Made by a program: the position numbers and the translations under genes. From assembly GCF_036321535.1 (NCBI RefSeq), contig NC_087447.1, positions 38,008,001-38,072,000 of the forward strand: a stretch of 64,000 bases of DNA, written 5' to 3'. The notes beneath the pieces were generated by a model. It ran no database searches. It was given only the letters and a program-made list of their open reading frames with translations, and was not told the DNA's origin. Each line of letters opens with the position of its first letter. Positions within the stretch are counted from its first letter, which is position 1. This DNA is from Camelus dromedarius (Eukaryota). This document shows, piece after piece, positions 13,161-24,985 of the stretch.

Positions 13161-15564
13161 AAGGCATTAACTTCTGTAAGACTTAGTGAGTTTAGTTTCC
13201 TTCCTGCCTTACAGAATTGAGGGGAGGATTAAATAAAGGAACACATACAAATTTCCTGAAATAATGTTTGACACTTGGTAGTCAATCAGGAAATGTTGGT
13301 GCCTTTGTTTAGTACATCAATTCTGAATCTTTTTATCTAATCTCATTTTCTATTCCTCTGATCATATTTTGGAGAAAAAAAATTACCATTTAAACTTTTT
13401 GCTACAATTAAAATTGATTACTGTGCTTGACACAGTGAACAAATATGAATAAGATCTGGGCCCTTCTTTAACGCATATACAATGAGCCATTATATGATGT
13501 GATATTTAAACTATACTGATGACATGAATCAAATCTCACGGCAAGGACAGAATATCCCTCTCCTCTCTGTCTTTAGCATCAGGCAATATATGTAGCACCG
13601 TGGACATCAACACAGACTTCATGACCAAATGACTATGGGCTCTGGGAATTCAGAGGACAAAGCAAGAGGATTCCATGCACTAGAATTTTAATCTCTGAGG
13701 ATTTCATAAGAGCTCATTGATGACTGTGCCTTTTTTTCATTATATTTTGTTGATTAATATTTGGGATTATTATTGGTATGAAATCCTTTTTGTTTATATT
13801 TTTCATAAAAATTTCTTCAGAAAGATTTAGTCACATTTTCAAATTAAAACTTTCCTATCATGAAACACAGTACAGTACACAGTAAAGTAATATGAAAACA
13901 CCAAATCTATACTGAGATGCATAGTTTAATAATATTACATTCTTAATTATCTGTGGTATTTCCATCTGAGTTACAGAAAATATGAAGCTAATTTCATTCT
14001 CTATGCTAACTTTTCACACCACCTACCTACAACCTGGCCACCTAATGCTTAATGGGAATATGGCAAGGTTTTAAAAAAAAAAAATATGTAGGATGGGAAA
14101 TATCTCATCCAATATTGGAAAATACAATCTGCCACAGTCTTAAGACACCTTTTTCAACTCCAGATAGATAGTTCATAATAAAATGGTATTGCTGACTTTT
14201 GAAAGAAGGATGTCTAAGTTGTGTTGTTGTTCCTTTGATTTGATTCTGAAAAAGTATCTTACTAGAACCATCAGTTTGTCTTCTTTCTGGAAATGTAATA
14301 CTCAATCTACACTCTATTATAATTAGAAGCTGTGGCAGTTGCATGATCACCAATATTTTTGAATGGACAAGAAAAAATTGTTTTTCTATTCACCTTTCAT
14401 TCAGAATAGCACTAACAATTATCAGCTATTATTATTCCATATGAGACAGTGTACCTCACTTAATGATGAAATCTAGATGTGGAAAAGTGAAACAACCTTT
14501 CTAAATCACAATTAAATGTAAACAAAAATGTAGCAATTAAAAAAAATTACACTAGTGTTGCACCTGGGATTTGAACCTAGATCTCTGTTCTAAGCCTAGG
14601 TTCTTACTCTTAATTAAAATCTATCTAAAGCTTTGGGTCAAGAACTTCATGCAGGGTTATACATAGTAAAATCCTGTCAAGCTTCAATCTAAGTAAGCTT
14701 TGATACCCTTCAAAAAATTGTATCCTAGGATCTTTCATACCAGGGATGTGGGTTACATATAGATATGTATTTGAATATTAGTATGTCTGTTGTTATGTCT
14801 GAGCACTAGCAAAGCAAGATCTAAAAATCCAATGTGGAGAGAAGTAAAATATTTTGTTGCTTCTTCTCTCGGCTTTTCCCAATGCAATTTCATGTTTTTA
14901 CCAGATTAACACACTCTGATTAAATGTCACATTAAGATAAGGGATTAGTAAATAAAAGGAAAAACAGAAATTTTGCTAGTAGAAAAAGAAATCAAATGAA
15001 ACTTCCTAGAGGAACCTGAACTTGACTAGTTAGATGAAGGAAAAGAAAGATTGTGAAGACTATAACATTTTAGAGTTTGACACTCTAAACTGTTTATACT
15101 TCAGAATCACCTAGGGAGCTTAGAAACTACTGAAAGCTCAGACCTGACTACTGGAGGTTCAGATTCATCTGGCATAGAGTGGGGCCTTGGAATATGTCTT
15201 TATCAATATGAAGATGATGCTCTTACTAGTCTTCAGACCTCTTGGTAATTTCAGCATTAGGACAAAATTTAGAAAATTTTTATAAACTTAATTTTTAGAA
15301 TATTTTTAAAGTTTTGATATCACTTTTCTCATCAGATTTTTTTCCCCTTGCTTTCTTTTTTGGGGGACAATACCTAATAAGTAATGTCTGTTCATTAGTA
15401 GAAGGCAAGATCCTGATTCATTCTTTTGAAATTAGCATATTATGTTATTGTAATGCCCTTTGTGCTGAATCAGATGCGGTTCTACTTCCATGTTTTCATT
15501 AAAAATTTAAAAATGGGTACCACAATAAAGGTGTTAAAAAAAAATAAAGGAACACTAAAAAAAT

Positions 15565-15660
15565 GGGGGGAGGGTACAGCTCTGTGATAGAGTGTATGCT
15601 TAGCATGCATGAGTTTGTGAGTTCAATCCCCAGTACCTCCATTAAAAAAAAAACCTAACC
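15565..15660 (+). mobile_element. tRNA-derived SINE (camelid Vic-1-like)
   Basis: ggggggagggtacagctctgtgatagagtgtatgcttagcatgcatgag...gttcaatccccagtacctcc. Confidence 0.85.
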
Positions 15661-16630
15661 CAATCCAGCAATGGGCAGAAGGCCTAAACAAGCAATTCTC
15701 CAGTGAAGACATAGAAATGGCCAATAAGCACAGGAAAAAAATGCTCAATGTCACTAATTATCAGAGAAATGCAAATCAAAACTACACTGAGGTATTTCCT
15801 CACACTAGTTAGAATGGCCATCATTCAAAAATCCAAAAACGATAAATGCTGGAGACGGTGTTAAGAAAAGGGAACCCTCCTACACTGTTGGTGGGAATGT
15901 AGTTTGGTGCAGCCATTATGGAAAACAGTTTGGGGGATTCCTCAAAAAGCTAAAAATAGACATACCACAGGATCCAACAATCCAACTCCTATGCATATAT
16001 CCAGAGGGAACTCTAATTCAAAAAGATACTTGCACCCCAATGTTCATAGCAGCACTATTTACAATAGCCAAGACGTGGAAACAACCTACATGTTCATCAG
16101 CAGACAACTGGATAAAGAAGCTATGGTATATTTCTACAATGGAATACTACTTGGCCATAAAAAATTACAAAATAATGTCATCTGCATCAGCATGGATGGA
16201 CTTGGAGATCATGATTCTAAGTGAAGTAAGCCAGAAAGAGAATGAAAAACACCATATGATATCACTTATATGTGGGATCTAAACAAAGAAAAAAGAAGAC
16301 ACTAATGAACTCATCTACAAAACAGAAACTGGCTCACAGAGAAAGTAAACAAACTTATGATTTATAGGGGAAAAGGGGTGGGAAGGGATAAACTGGGAGT
16401 TTGAGATTTGTAAATATTAACTACTATATACAAAATAGATAAACAACTTTCTTCTGTATAGCACAGGGAACTATATTCAATATCTTGTAGTAACCTATAA
16501 TGAAAAATAATATGAAAATGAATATATGTATATATATATATGTATGACTGAAACATTATACTGTACACCAGAAATTGACACACTGTAACTGACTATACTT
16601 CAATAAGAACAAGAGTAATAATAATAAATA
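15660..16630 (+). mobile_element. 5'-truncated L1 (ORF2 C-terminus and 3' UTR)
   Basis: ORF 16040-16282 MFIAALFTIAKTWKQP...LSEVSQ is the L1 ORF2 C-terminus; ends gactatacttcaat plus A-rich tail. Confidence 0.92.
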
Positions 16631-18474
16631 AAAAGTAAACCTATTTACATTCCCTCAAAATAAAAAATATGAAAAAATAAATTTTAAAAAAGAGACTAAA
16701 AAAAGTGGAATAAGACTCTTGGTCCTGTGAAGTACTTGATATTTTAATATTTATATTTCCTTAGAATGTTAATATGAATTGCCACTGAACAGGACCAGGA
16801 GAATTTGGCTGATATTTTTAGTACAGAAATGACTGCCTCCCAGATCAGTTTTCTTTCTTTCAATGTTTCTACAACTTTAAAACCTGAATGGATACTCCAA
16901 TGACTTACCAAAAGGATTATTTCTCCCAAAACTGATCTGTTATTATTTGGCATTTTTCAGAACCACCTAGAAATATCTAGAAGGCTTTTAGTTCCTGTAT
17001 TCCCCAATCCTATAGTGCCCTAAGCAGTGTTCTTCAAAATCGTGTTGAGAATTTTCACGTTGGTCTCCTTATATTCTTTAAACTTTGTAGAAATTCATTC
17101 ATTCATGCAAAAGTTTTTTTGAGCATATACTATACTCTAAGTACTAAAACAAGGACGAACAAGGCAGCTGTCATTCCTGCTGTAATGGTGCTTACAGTCT
17201 GATGTGAAAGAGACAGATAATTATATAATCTGGGTTGTAATTATATCAAGCAGAGGTAGGAATAAACTTTCTCAACAACTCCCCCTTATCCTACCTCATC
17301 ACCTGCAGAAACCTAGCATCTTTATCTTCCTAGAAAGAGAACAGAAAGGACTTCTTAGCAGCATTTTGGCCAATGAAAATTCCTAAACTTCTGAGACAAA
17401 GGTAAAAGGAACAAGTCATCCCAGGTTGACCACAAGGCAAAGCCGGAAAAGGAGAAACCAGCCCTTCTCTAAACTATGGTCTCTGCTCAGCCCTTGGTCT
17501 CCTGAGGGAGCCCACTCCTCACATTCTCTTTTTAACTGGAGGTTTGCTGTGGATGGCACTTACTGGTGCTGAAGACAAGTTAGGCATTGATTACTTAAGC
17601 CTATTTGACTATGGGATGAAGATGTGCTGTGGACAGCTGACCCAGGGCTGAAGGGTTTCCAAAGGACCTGTAAGATCCTGTGGGTCTTTGATGCCAAAGG
17701 ATGACTTTGATCTGGACACTTGAAAGCTAACTGATCTTGCATCAGTGCCATGAACCAATTACATATTTGCCTGGAAATGAAACACAGTTTCTACTCATGC
17801 ACTTAGAGCCCTATTATCCAGGGACACACTTCTCCCAAGATTGTAGCCTGGATCGCTGAGCCCTTCCCACAACATGGATTTTGTCTTGTCTTCACTATGA
17901 CTGTGCCTCCTGAAAGCAACTACAAAACACTGACTCATCAGGAGTCCCTCGACTGATGACTTCCCTTAAACCAGAGAAAGCTGCGAAGAAGAAACCAAGA
18001 AAACAGCCTCTGGTAACTGAAACAGGCCTCACAACGGTTCATTATTTCTATCCTGACCATTTCCATGTTCTCACTCAATGTCTGTAGGCTCTTCATTCAC
18101 ACACAGCTCTAACTTGTTTAGCTGTTTTCTGTTTTCCCCTGAGCACAAGTTAGTTGAAGCTGTTGTTATAAAAGACCATGAAGCTCCTGACCATTACTCA
18201 TAAATGCTCACTTGGTATCTGCTTACTCTGTGTTTACCCATAAGTTTGTTTCTGTCTGCTTGAGTACAGATTAATGGAATAAATGTCCAAAGAGATTTTT
18301 GTATAGTTCTTGATGAATATATATCAATTAATTTATAAAATATACATTATATAACATAAATATAAATGATAAATATATTAATATATTCTTACATTTACAG
18401 GTTTGCATTCAATGTCTGTAATAGGCTTGTTATTCCCATTCAATTCCACTAAGGTTCATTTTTGTTGTTGGATT

Positions 18475-18606
18475 TTTTTGTTCTTTTTGGGGGAGGAGGG
18501 GTAGTTAGGTTTATTTATTCATGTATTTTAATGGAGGTACTGGGGATTGAACCCAGGACCCCATGCATGCTAAGCACACACTCTACCACTGAGCTATACC
18601 CTCCCC
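18475..18606 (-). mobile_element. Vic-1-like SINE
   Basis: ggaggtactggggattgaacccaggacc...gctaagcacacactctaccactgagctataccctcccc. Confidence 0.9.
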
Positions 18607-21039
18607 ACCTTGTTGTTTTGCTTTTGTTTTGTTGTTTATTTTACTGCACATCAAATGAAAATGGGAGTGGGTGGACTGTTTTAAAAACAGTTACACTGTC
18701 AGCAGCAAGAAGTGAGAGCTGACAACCTGATGACAACAAATGAAATAAAATAATCATAAAATCATGTTCATTTTAAAACTCAAAGAGAAAAATAATGTGC
18801 TATCGTCTAGTTTAGGGATGTTGGCCTTATATGTCTTATAGCGCCTGAGATTGGACAGTATTAGTGTCCAGCACAGTAAGTGTTGTTCTTAACATGGTGT
18901 CAATGAAATCAAGAAAGAATTAAAATTATATTCATTATGTTCTTTTAAGAAGGAAGAGGAGCATACATTGCATTTTCTCTAATTTTCCATACAAGTTGAT
19001 ACAATTTGGCACTTGAAGAAATAGGGGTGTGCTTTTGTTATAATCACAATAATAGCCACCACTCCAGAGCCTGCTTCATGCCAAGCAATGTTCCAGGTAT
19101 TTAACATAAATGGTCATTAACCTGCTGGGCAGTAACATGACCAGGCACCAAGGTGACAGGTTTGGGGAAATCAGCTGTATTCTGTAGTGGACTTGGCAAT
19201 AGGTTTTATTTTGAGGATTAAAAGCATAGATTGCCTTCTTCTTTAGAAAGCAAAGGACTGTGTAATGATTGTACTTAATTTACCATATTAACCTGGTATA
19301 ATTTGGCACTTAAATAGATAAGCCTTGTTTGTAACAATAATAGCTACCACTTTTAAGTGTCTGTTTCGTGCCAAGCAAAGTGTCCAGTCTTTAAGATAAA
19401 TTAACTTTACTCCTCCCAGGTAGTTACTCTTATCCCTATTTTACATGTTGAGAAACTATGGCTGAGGAAGATTACTATCTGCCAAAGGACAAAAACTGAA
19501 TGGTAGAGCCAACTCAAGTCCCATTGCCTAAGACCCCCACAGCCTTACTCTTCCCAATCCTGGGTGACTCTAGTTATAGAGGAAACCCCCTTTATATGCA
19601 CCTTTTGGTTCCCTGACAGTTTCCATAAAGGAGTGGTCCATGTAAAGAACTCTCCATGGGAAGGGTCCTGTTTCTATCCCTCTTCTCCATGGAACACTGT
19701 TCTCAGCCTGGGACAGGAGGGACATTCTGGATCTGATGAGTCCAAACACAGGGAGAATTTTAATCACCTAAGAGGAACACATCCAGAGTAATTCCTGATT
19801 TGACCAGTTGAGTCTGTCCACCTCTCAGAGTCACCAGCCTGGCCCTCCTCGACCACACTCAGTTCTTTCCCTGGAAGCTTAAGTTACCCTAAAAATAACC
19901 TTTTGACCTTGGAAGAAACCTCTGCTGGTGCCCATAGCAAGACGGAGCCTGAAGAGTTGGGAAAAGCAGCTCCCCTGGGCAAGACTAATCAGTGCTGCAA
20001 GAAAGTCAGCTAGGCCCTCTCATTTTCCAAGAATGAAAGGCCAGGAAAATCCCTCAGACACAATATCCCACCCCTTCCTTCTGCCATAAATGCCTTTCTC
20101 ATTCCTTGTCGAGTCTCAAACCCATTGACGTTGTGTCCTTGTTCTAGACTCTAATGGCAGTTGGTGTGTCCCACTGAGGGATCAGGGAATTGTACATCAG
20201 AGCGCCACAAGCCTGACACCTGGAAAATTATCACGTTGATTCTTGGGAGCAGGGGCTCATTAGAAAGCTTCTCCAAGCTCGGGTGGTGGAAAATCTTGGT
20301 CACATGTGCCTTCCATGTTTTAACAATTCCCTATTGCCTGCCCAACCTGCGTGCATCATTAAATACTGGATACAGGTTAAAAAAATAAAGTGGGTGTTTT
20401 CAGGTGGATCTTAATCCAATCCTCACTTAATTACAACCTTCTTGTTTATTGTCAAAGGAGTCTAGTAGAGGTATCTAAGGTATGGGGCTCAAAGTCCAAG
20501 CACCAACTTTAGGATACAATTGCATTATAATAACCTGTCAAGGCCTGGAGTTATATGATACTAAGCGGTCTGTTTCCCACCTCTAATGGAGTTTCACCAA
20601 ATGTGACACCAGTTTGCTCAATAGCTCCCCTTTCTCTGTAGCACCTATAAACAGGACTATTGAAGGGTTCAAATAAATTGGAAGTTGCTAGAGGAGGAAC
20701 ACCTGATACGTGATTGCATATTCCTAGACACAACTGCCTGGGGAGTGAATGCAGCCAGCCATACAGGTCATATTCAGGGGGCTCCATTCCCAGCAGAAGC
20801 AGCACAGAGGATGGCACCTGATATAAAGAGCTGTGTCCTCACCCTCTGCCCTGACGCCCCAGTAGATGCACTCCCTTTTCAGGGACTCTGTAATTCCCCC
20901 TGTATTTAGCCACTTTCTGGCTTTCGCCCACCGGCTCTGGGAAAAGTCCTCACTGCTCCAGCCCACGGCAGCCTCTTCCGTGTTTCAGCCCTTACTGTCC
21001 TCTTACTGCCTTTGCAAATCAGCCCAGCATTTACTTAAT

Positions 21040-21555
21040 ATGGTAGGTAAAACAAGGAGCCCAACTCCCACCCATGGTGTCCACATCCTAATCCTTGGAA
21101 ATGCAAATTTGTTACTTTACATGGCAAAAGAGACTTTGAAGGTGTAATTAAATTGAGGACCTTGAGATGGAGAGATTAGCCTGGATTATCCAGGTGAGCC
21201 CACTAAAATCACAAGGGTCTTCCCAAGTGGAAGAAGGAAACAGAAGAGGAGGTCAGAGTGAAGTGCTGTGAGAAGGGCTCAACTTGCCATTACTGGTTCT
21301 GAAGATGGAGGAAGGGAGGCACAGGCCAAGGAACATGGGTGGGCAAAGAACCAGGAAATGGAAAGGAAATGAAAAGGAAATGGAATCTCCCCTAGAACCT
21401 CCAGAAAGGACACAAGCCTGCCAAGATTTTTTGCACGGTGTGACCCATGTTGGATGTCAGACTCTAGCCACAGCAGTGTAAGTTAACAAATTTTCTTTGT
21501 TTTATGCCAGTAAACTAGTGATAATTTGCTATTGCAGCAATAGGGAACTAATACT
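21040..21555 (+). mobile_element. MLT1D-like solo LTR
   Basis: gtccacatcctaatccttggaa...ttactttacatggcaaaagagactttg...gcagcaatagggaactaatac. Confidence 0.8.
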
Positions 21556-22079
21556 TAATCCCTATCTTTTATTGTTTCTAATTATTTCATTTGTGTTAAG
21601 TCTTATCTCCCTAAGAGACTATAATCATTCTCAGAAGGTTGGTCTTATTTCTTCTTTCTTTTTAGGCCCAATTAGATACATGCTTTAGGCTGCAGGTGAA
21701 CTCACCAAGCAGCCACAAAGCTTCTGTTGACAACTTGCAGAAAGCATGGCATCCAGACAAGGACCAGGAATCAGTTGTAGACCCATTTTTATGACAAAGA
21801 GAAAAATACGGTGCTGCTAGTCCAGGCAGCAAGCTCTCTCTCTCTCTCTCAGAGGGAACTGTTACATCTTTTAGTGTCAGGGATACCAAGGGCAAGGTAC
21901 CTGTCCCCCTCTTCCTCCTATCTATTTACAAACCCTCCCCTCATGTTTAGCAGCATTCTAGACATATATCATACCTAATCATATAGATAGATATAAATAT
22001 ATGATATATAGAAATATACATTGTTAAATACACCATTGCTATTATTATTTTGAATAAATTTTTCTCTGTTAGATCAACT

Positions 22080-23000
22080 AAGTACAAGAAAAATAAATTT
22101 ATCTGATACTTGCTGCCTGTTCATATTGTCTTTTTTGCCTTTTAGTGCACTTTAAAATTTTTTGACAGCTGGACATGTTATACCAGGTCAAAGGAACTGC
22201 TGTAAACAGGCCTTTAGTAATGTGGTGGTGAGGTGTGGGGCAGGGGAGGATTCCCATAGTCCTATAATTAGGTCTCGGTCTTTTAGTGAGCCTATTCCTC
22301 CAGACTGTGAACTTCACAGGTGTTATCTCAGTGTTTTTTTCCCTCCCCGATTTGGTGGGAGAGGTGAGTTACTTGGAGTACTGGGGTTACTTGGAGTTCG
22401 GTGTTTCCCTTCTCCCACTTAGAAGGCTGGAATGCAGTTTAGTTGAGAATTTCCCTTCCCCTTGGTCACTTAGGCTCTTATCGATACTATACCAGCAAAA
22501 TTAGGCTCTGTTTAACTAGTTTCTGCTGAGTTATTAAGGGCAGCCCTTATTAAGAAAAAGAGAATGCTCTGGTGCATTTCAAAATGGTTCCTTTTCTCTT
22601 TCCCCTGCCGGAAGCACAAGGGGAGTTTTCTCCCATATTTACTGTGAGAACTTGGTTGAGCTCATGGTGGTAAGTCTCAGACAACTGTAGGGCAGGAAGG
22701 TGGGTTTTTAACTTTCAGAAATTGTCCACACTGAGCCTCCAGCAATTGATCAGTTACAATTCAGATTTTCCTACTCTGGCACTGGTTCCAGGTGAGGTTG
22801 CCCTTGTGAGTGTCTGTTCTGGTAAGCCATTATTTCCTCTGCTCACCTGCCTGTCTCCCCAGTCTTGGGGGAAGAAATTGTCTTTTAAGTCCTCTCTTCA
22901 TAGTGCTCCTAGAAGAGTTGTTGATTTTTTTAGTCTGTTCAGCATTTTATTTGTTATTATGACTTCTAAAGTCCTTATATATGGAACCCTGTACAATCAA
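22080..23000 (-). mobile_element. Old L1 5'-region fragment (partly shared with copy B at ~33220-33840)
   Basis: ggtaaaggaactgctgtaaacaggcc...ggagttttaact...tgtccacactgagcctccagcaatt L1M-type motifs; predates the duplication. Confidence 0.6.
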
Positions 23001-23159
23001 TTCTCCAGTTAATGTGACAGCTCCAAATTTTCCCCAGAATGAAGAGAATGCATTTGAGTTGTTGTTGCTACTGCTGCTGAGGTTGCCACTGCTGGGAATT
23101 TTGTGGTTGTTCTTGACTCTATATCATACACAAATTATATAGAATTAAAAGAGTAACCT

Positions 23160-24495
23160 AAAAGAGAACGTTGGCAAAGTATACTTTGACATAAATCATA
23201 GCAATATTTTCTTAGATCCATCTCCCAAGGTAAAAGAAATAAAAGCAAAAATTAAAAAATGGGACTTAATCAAACTTAAAAGCTTTTGCATAGCAACAGA
23301 AACCATCAGCTGAAGGGAAAGACAGCCTATGGAATGGCAGAAAATATTTACAACAACGTGACTGACAACAGGTTAATATCCAAAATATACAAAGGGCTCA
23401 TACGACCAAAAAAACAGACAACCCAATCAAACAATTGGCAGAAGACCTAAATAGACTTATTTCCAAAGAAGACATACAGAGAGCAAACAGGCAAATGAAA
23501 AAAATGCTCAACATCACTAATTATTAGAGAAATGCCAATCAAAGCCACAATGAAGAATTACCTCATGCCAGTCAGGATGGCTATCATCAAAAAGTCTACA
23601 AGTAATAATTACTGGAGAGGGTGCGGAGAAAAGGAACCCACGTACACTGCTGGTGGGAATGTAGTTTGGTGCAGCCATTAGGGAAAACTGTATGGAGATG
23701 CCTTATAAAAACTAAAAATAGACTTACCACTTGATCCAGCAATCCCAATCCTGGGCATATTCTGGAGAAAACTCTTAACTCAGAAGGATACAGGCACCCC
23801 AATGTTCATAGCAGCACTATTTACAATAGCCGAGACATGGAAGCAACCTAAACGTCCATCAACAGATGAATGGGTAAAGAAGATATGGTATGTATATACA
23901 ATGGGATACTACTCAGCCATAAAAAAGAATGAAATAATGCCATTTGCAGCAACATGAATGGACCTAGAGATTATCTATTAAGTGAAGTTAAGTCAGCCAG
24001 ATAAAGACAGATGTCATATGATATCACTTATATGTGGAATCTTTAAAAATGGGACAAATGAACTTATTTATAAAACAGAAACAGACTCACAGACATAGAA
24101 AACAATCAATGGTTACCAAAGGGGAAAGGGGCAGGGGGTAGGAATAAATTGCAAATTTGGGATTAATATATACAAACTACTATATAAAATACATAAACAG
24201 CAAAGACCTACTATATAGCACAGGGAACTATATTCAATATCTGTAATAACCTATTATGGAAAAGAATCTGAGAAACAATATATATGTATAACTGAATCAC
24301 TTTGCTGTAGAGCTGAAACTAATACAACTTTGTAAATCAACTACACTCCAATTTTTTTAACTATAAGAAAAAAGAAATTTTTTATAAATTTAAACGTACC
24401 CCAATGTTCATAGTAGAACTATTTATAATAGCCAAGACATAGAAACAACCCAAGTGCCCATCAACAGAAGATTGACTATATATATACAAGAAGAT

Positions 24496-24529
<34 letters not shown>

Positions 24530-24985
24530 GAAATATTACTCAGCCATAAAAAAGAATGAAATATTGCCATTTGAAGCAATATGGATGGACTTAGAGACTA
24601 TTATGCTTAGTGAATAAGTTAGACAGAGAAAGACGTATACTATATATATATGAAATCTAAAAAAATCATACAAATGAATTTATATATAAAATAGAAACAG
24701 ACTCACAGACATAGAAAAATAACTTATGGTTACCAAAGAGCAGAGACAGAGAGATGAGGAGGGAAATATTAGGAGTACAGGATTAACAGATATAAACTAC
24801 TATACATAAAATAGATAAGCAACAAGGATTTACTGAATAGCATAGGCAATTACACCCAATACCTTATAATAACATATAGTGGAATATAATCAAACAAATA
24901 AACAAAAAACCCTGAATCACTATGCTATACATCTAAAACTAATGCAATATTGTAAGTCAACTATACTTAAATTTGAAAAAAAATA
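23160..24985 (+). mobile_element. Two tandem 5'-truncated L1 3' ends (23160-24360 and ~24390-24985)
   Basis: Two successive cccaatgttcatag...ORF2 end/3' UTR units; absent from copy B; flanked by taaaagag(t/c)aa at 23146 and 24984. Confidence 0.9.
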
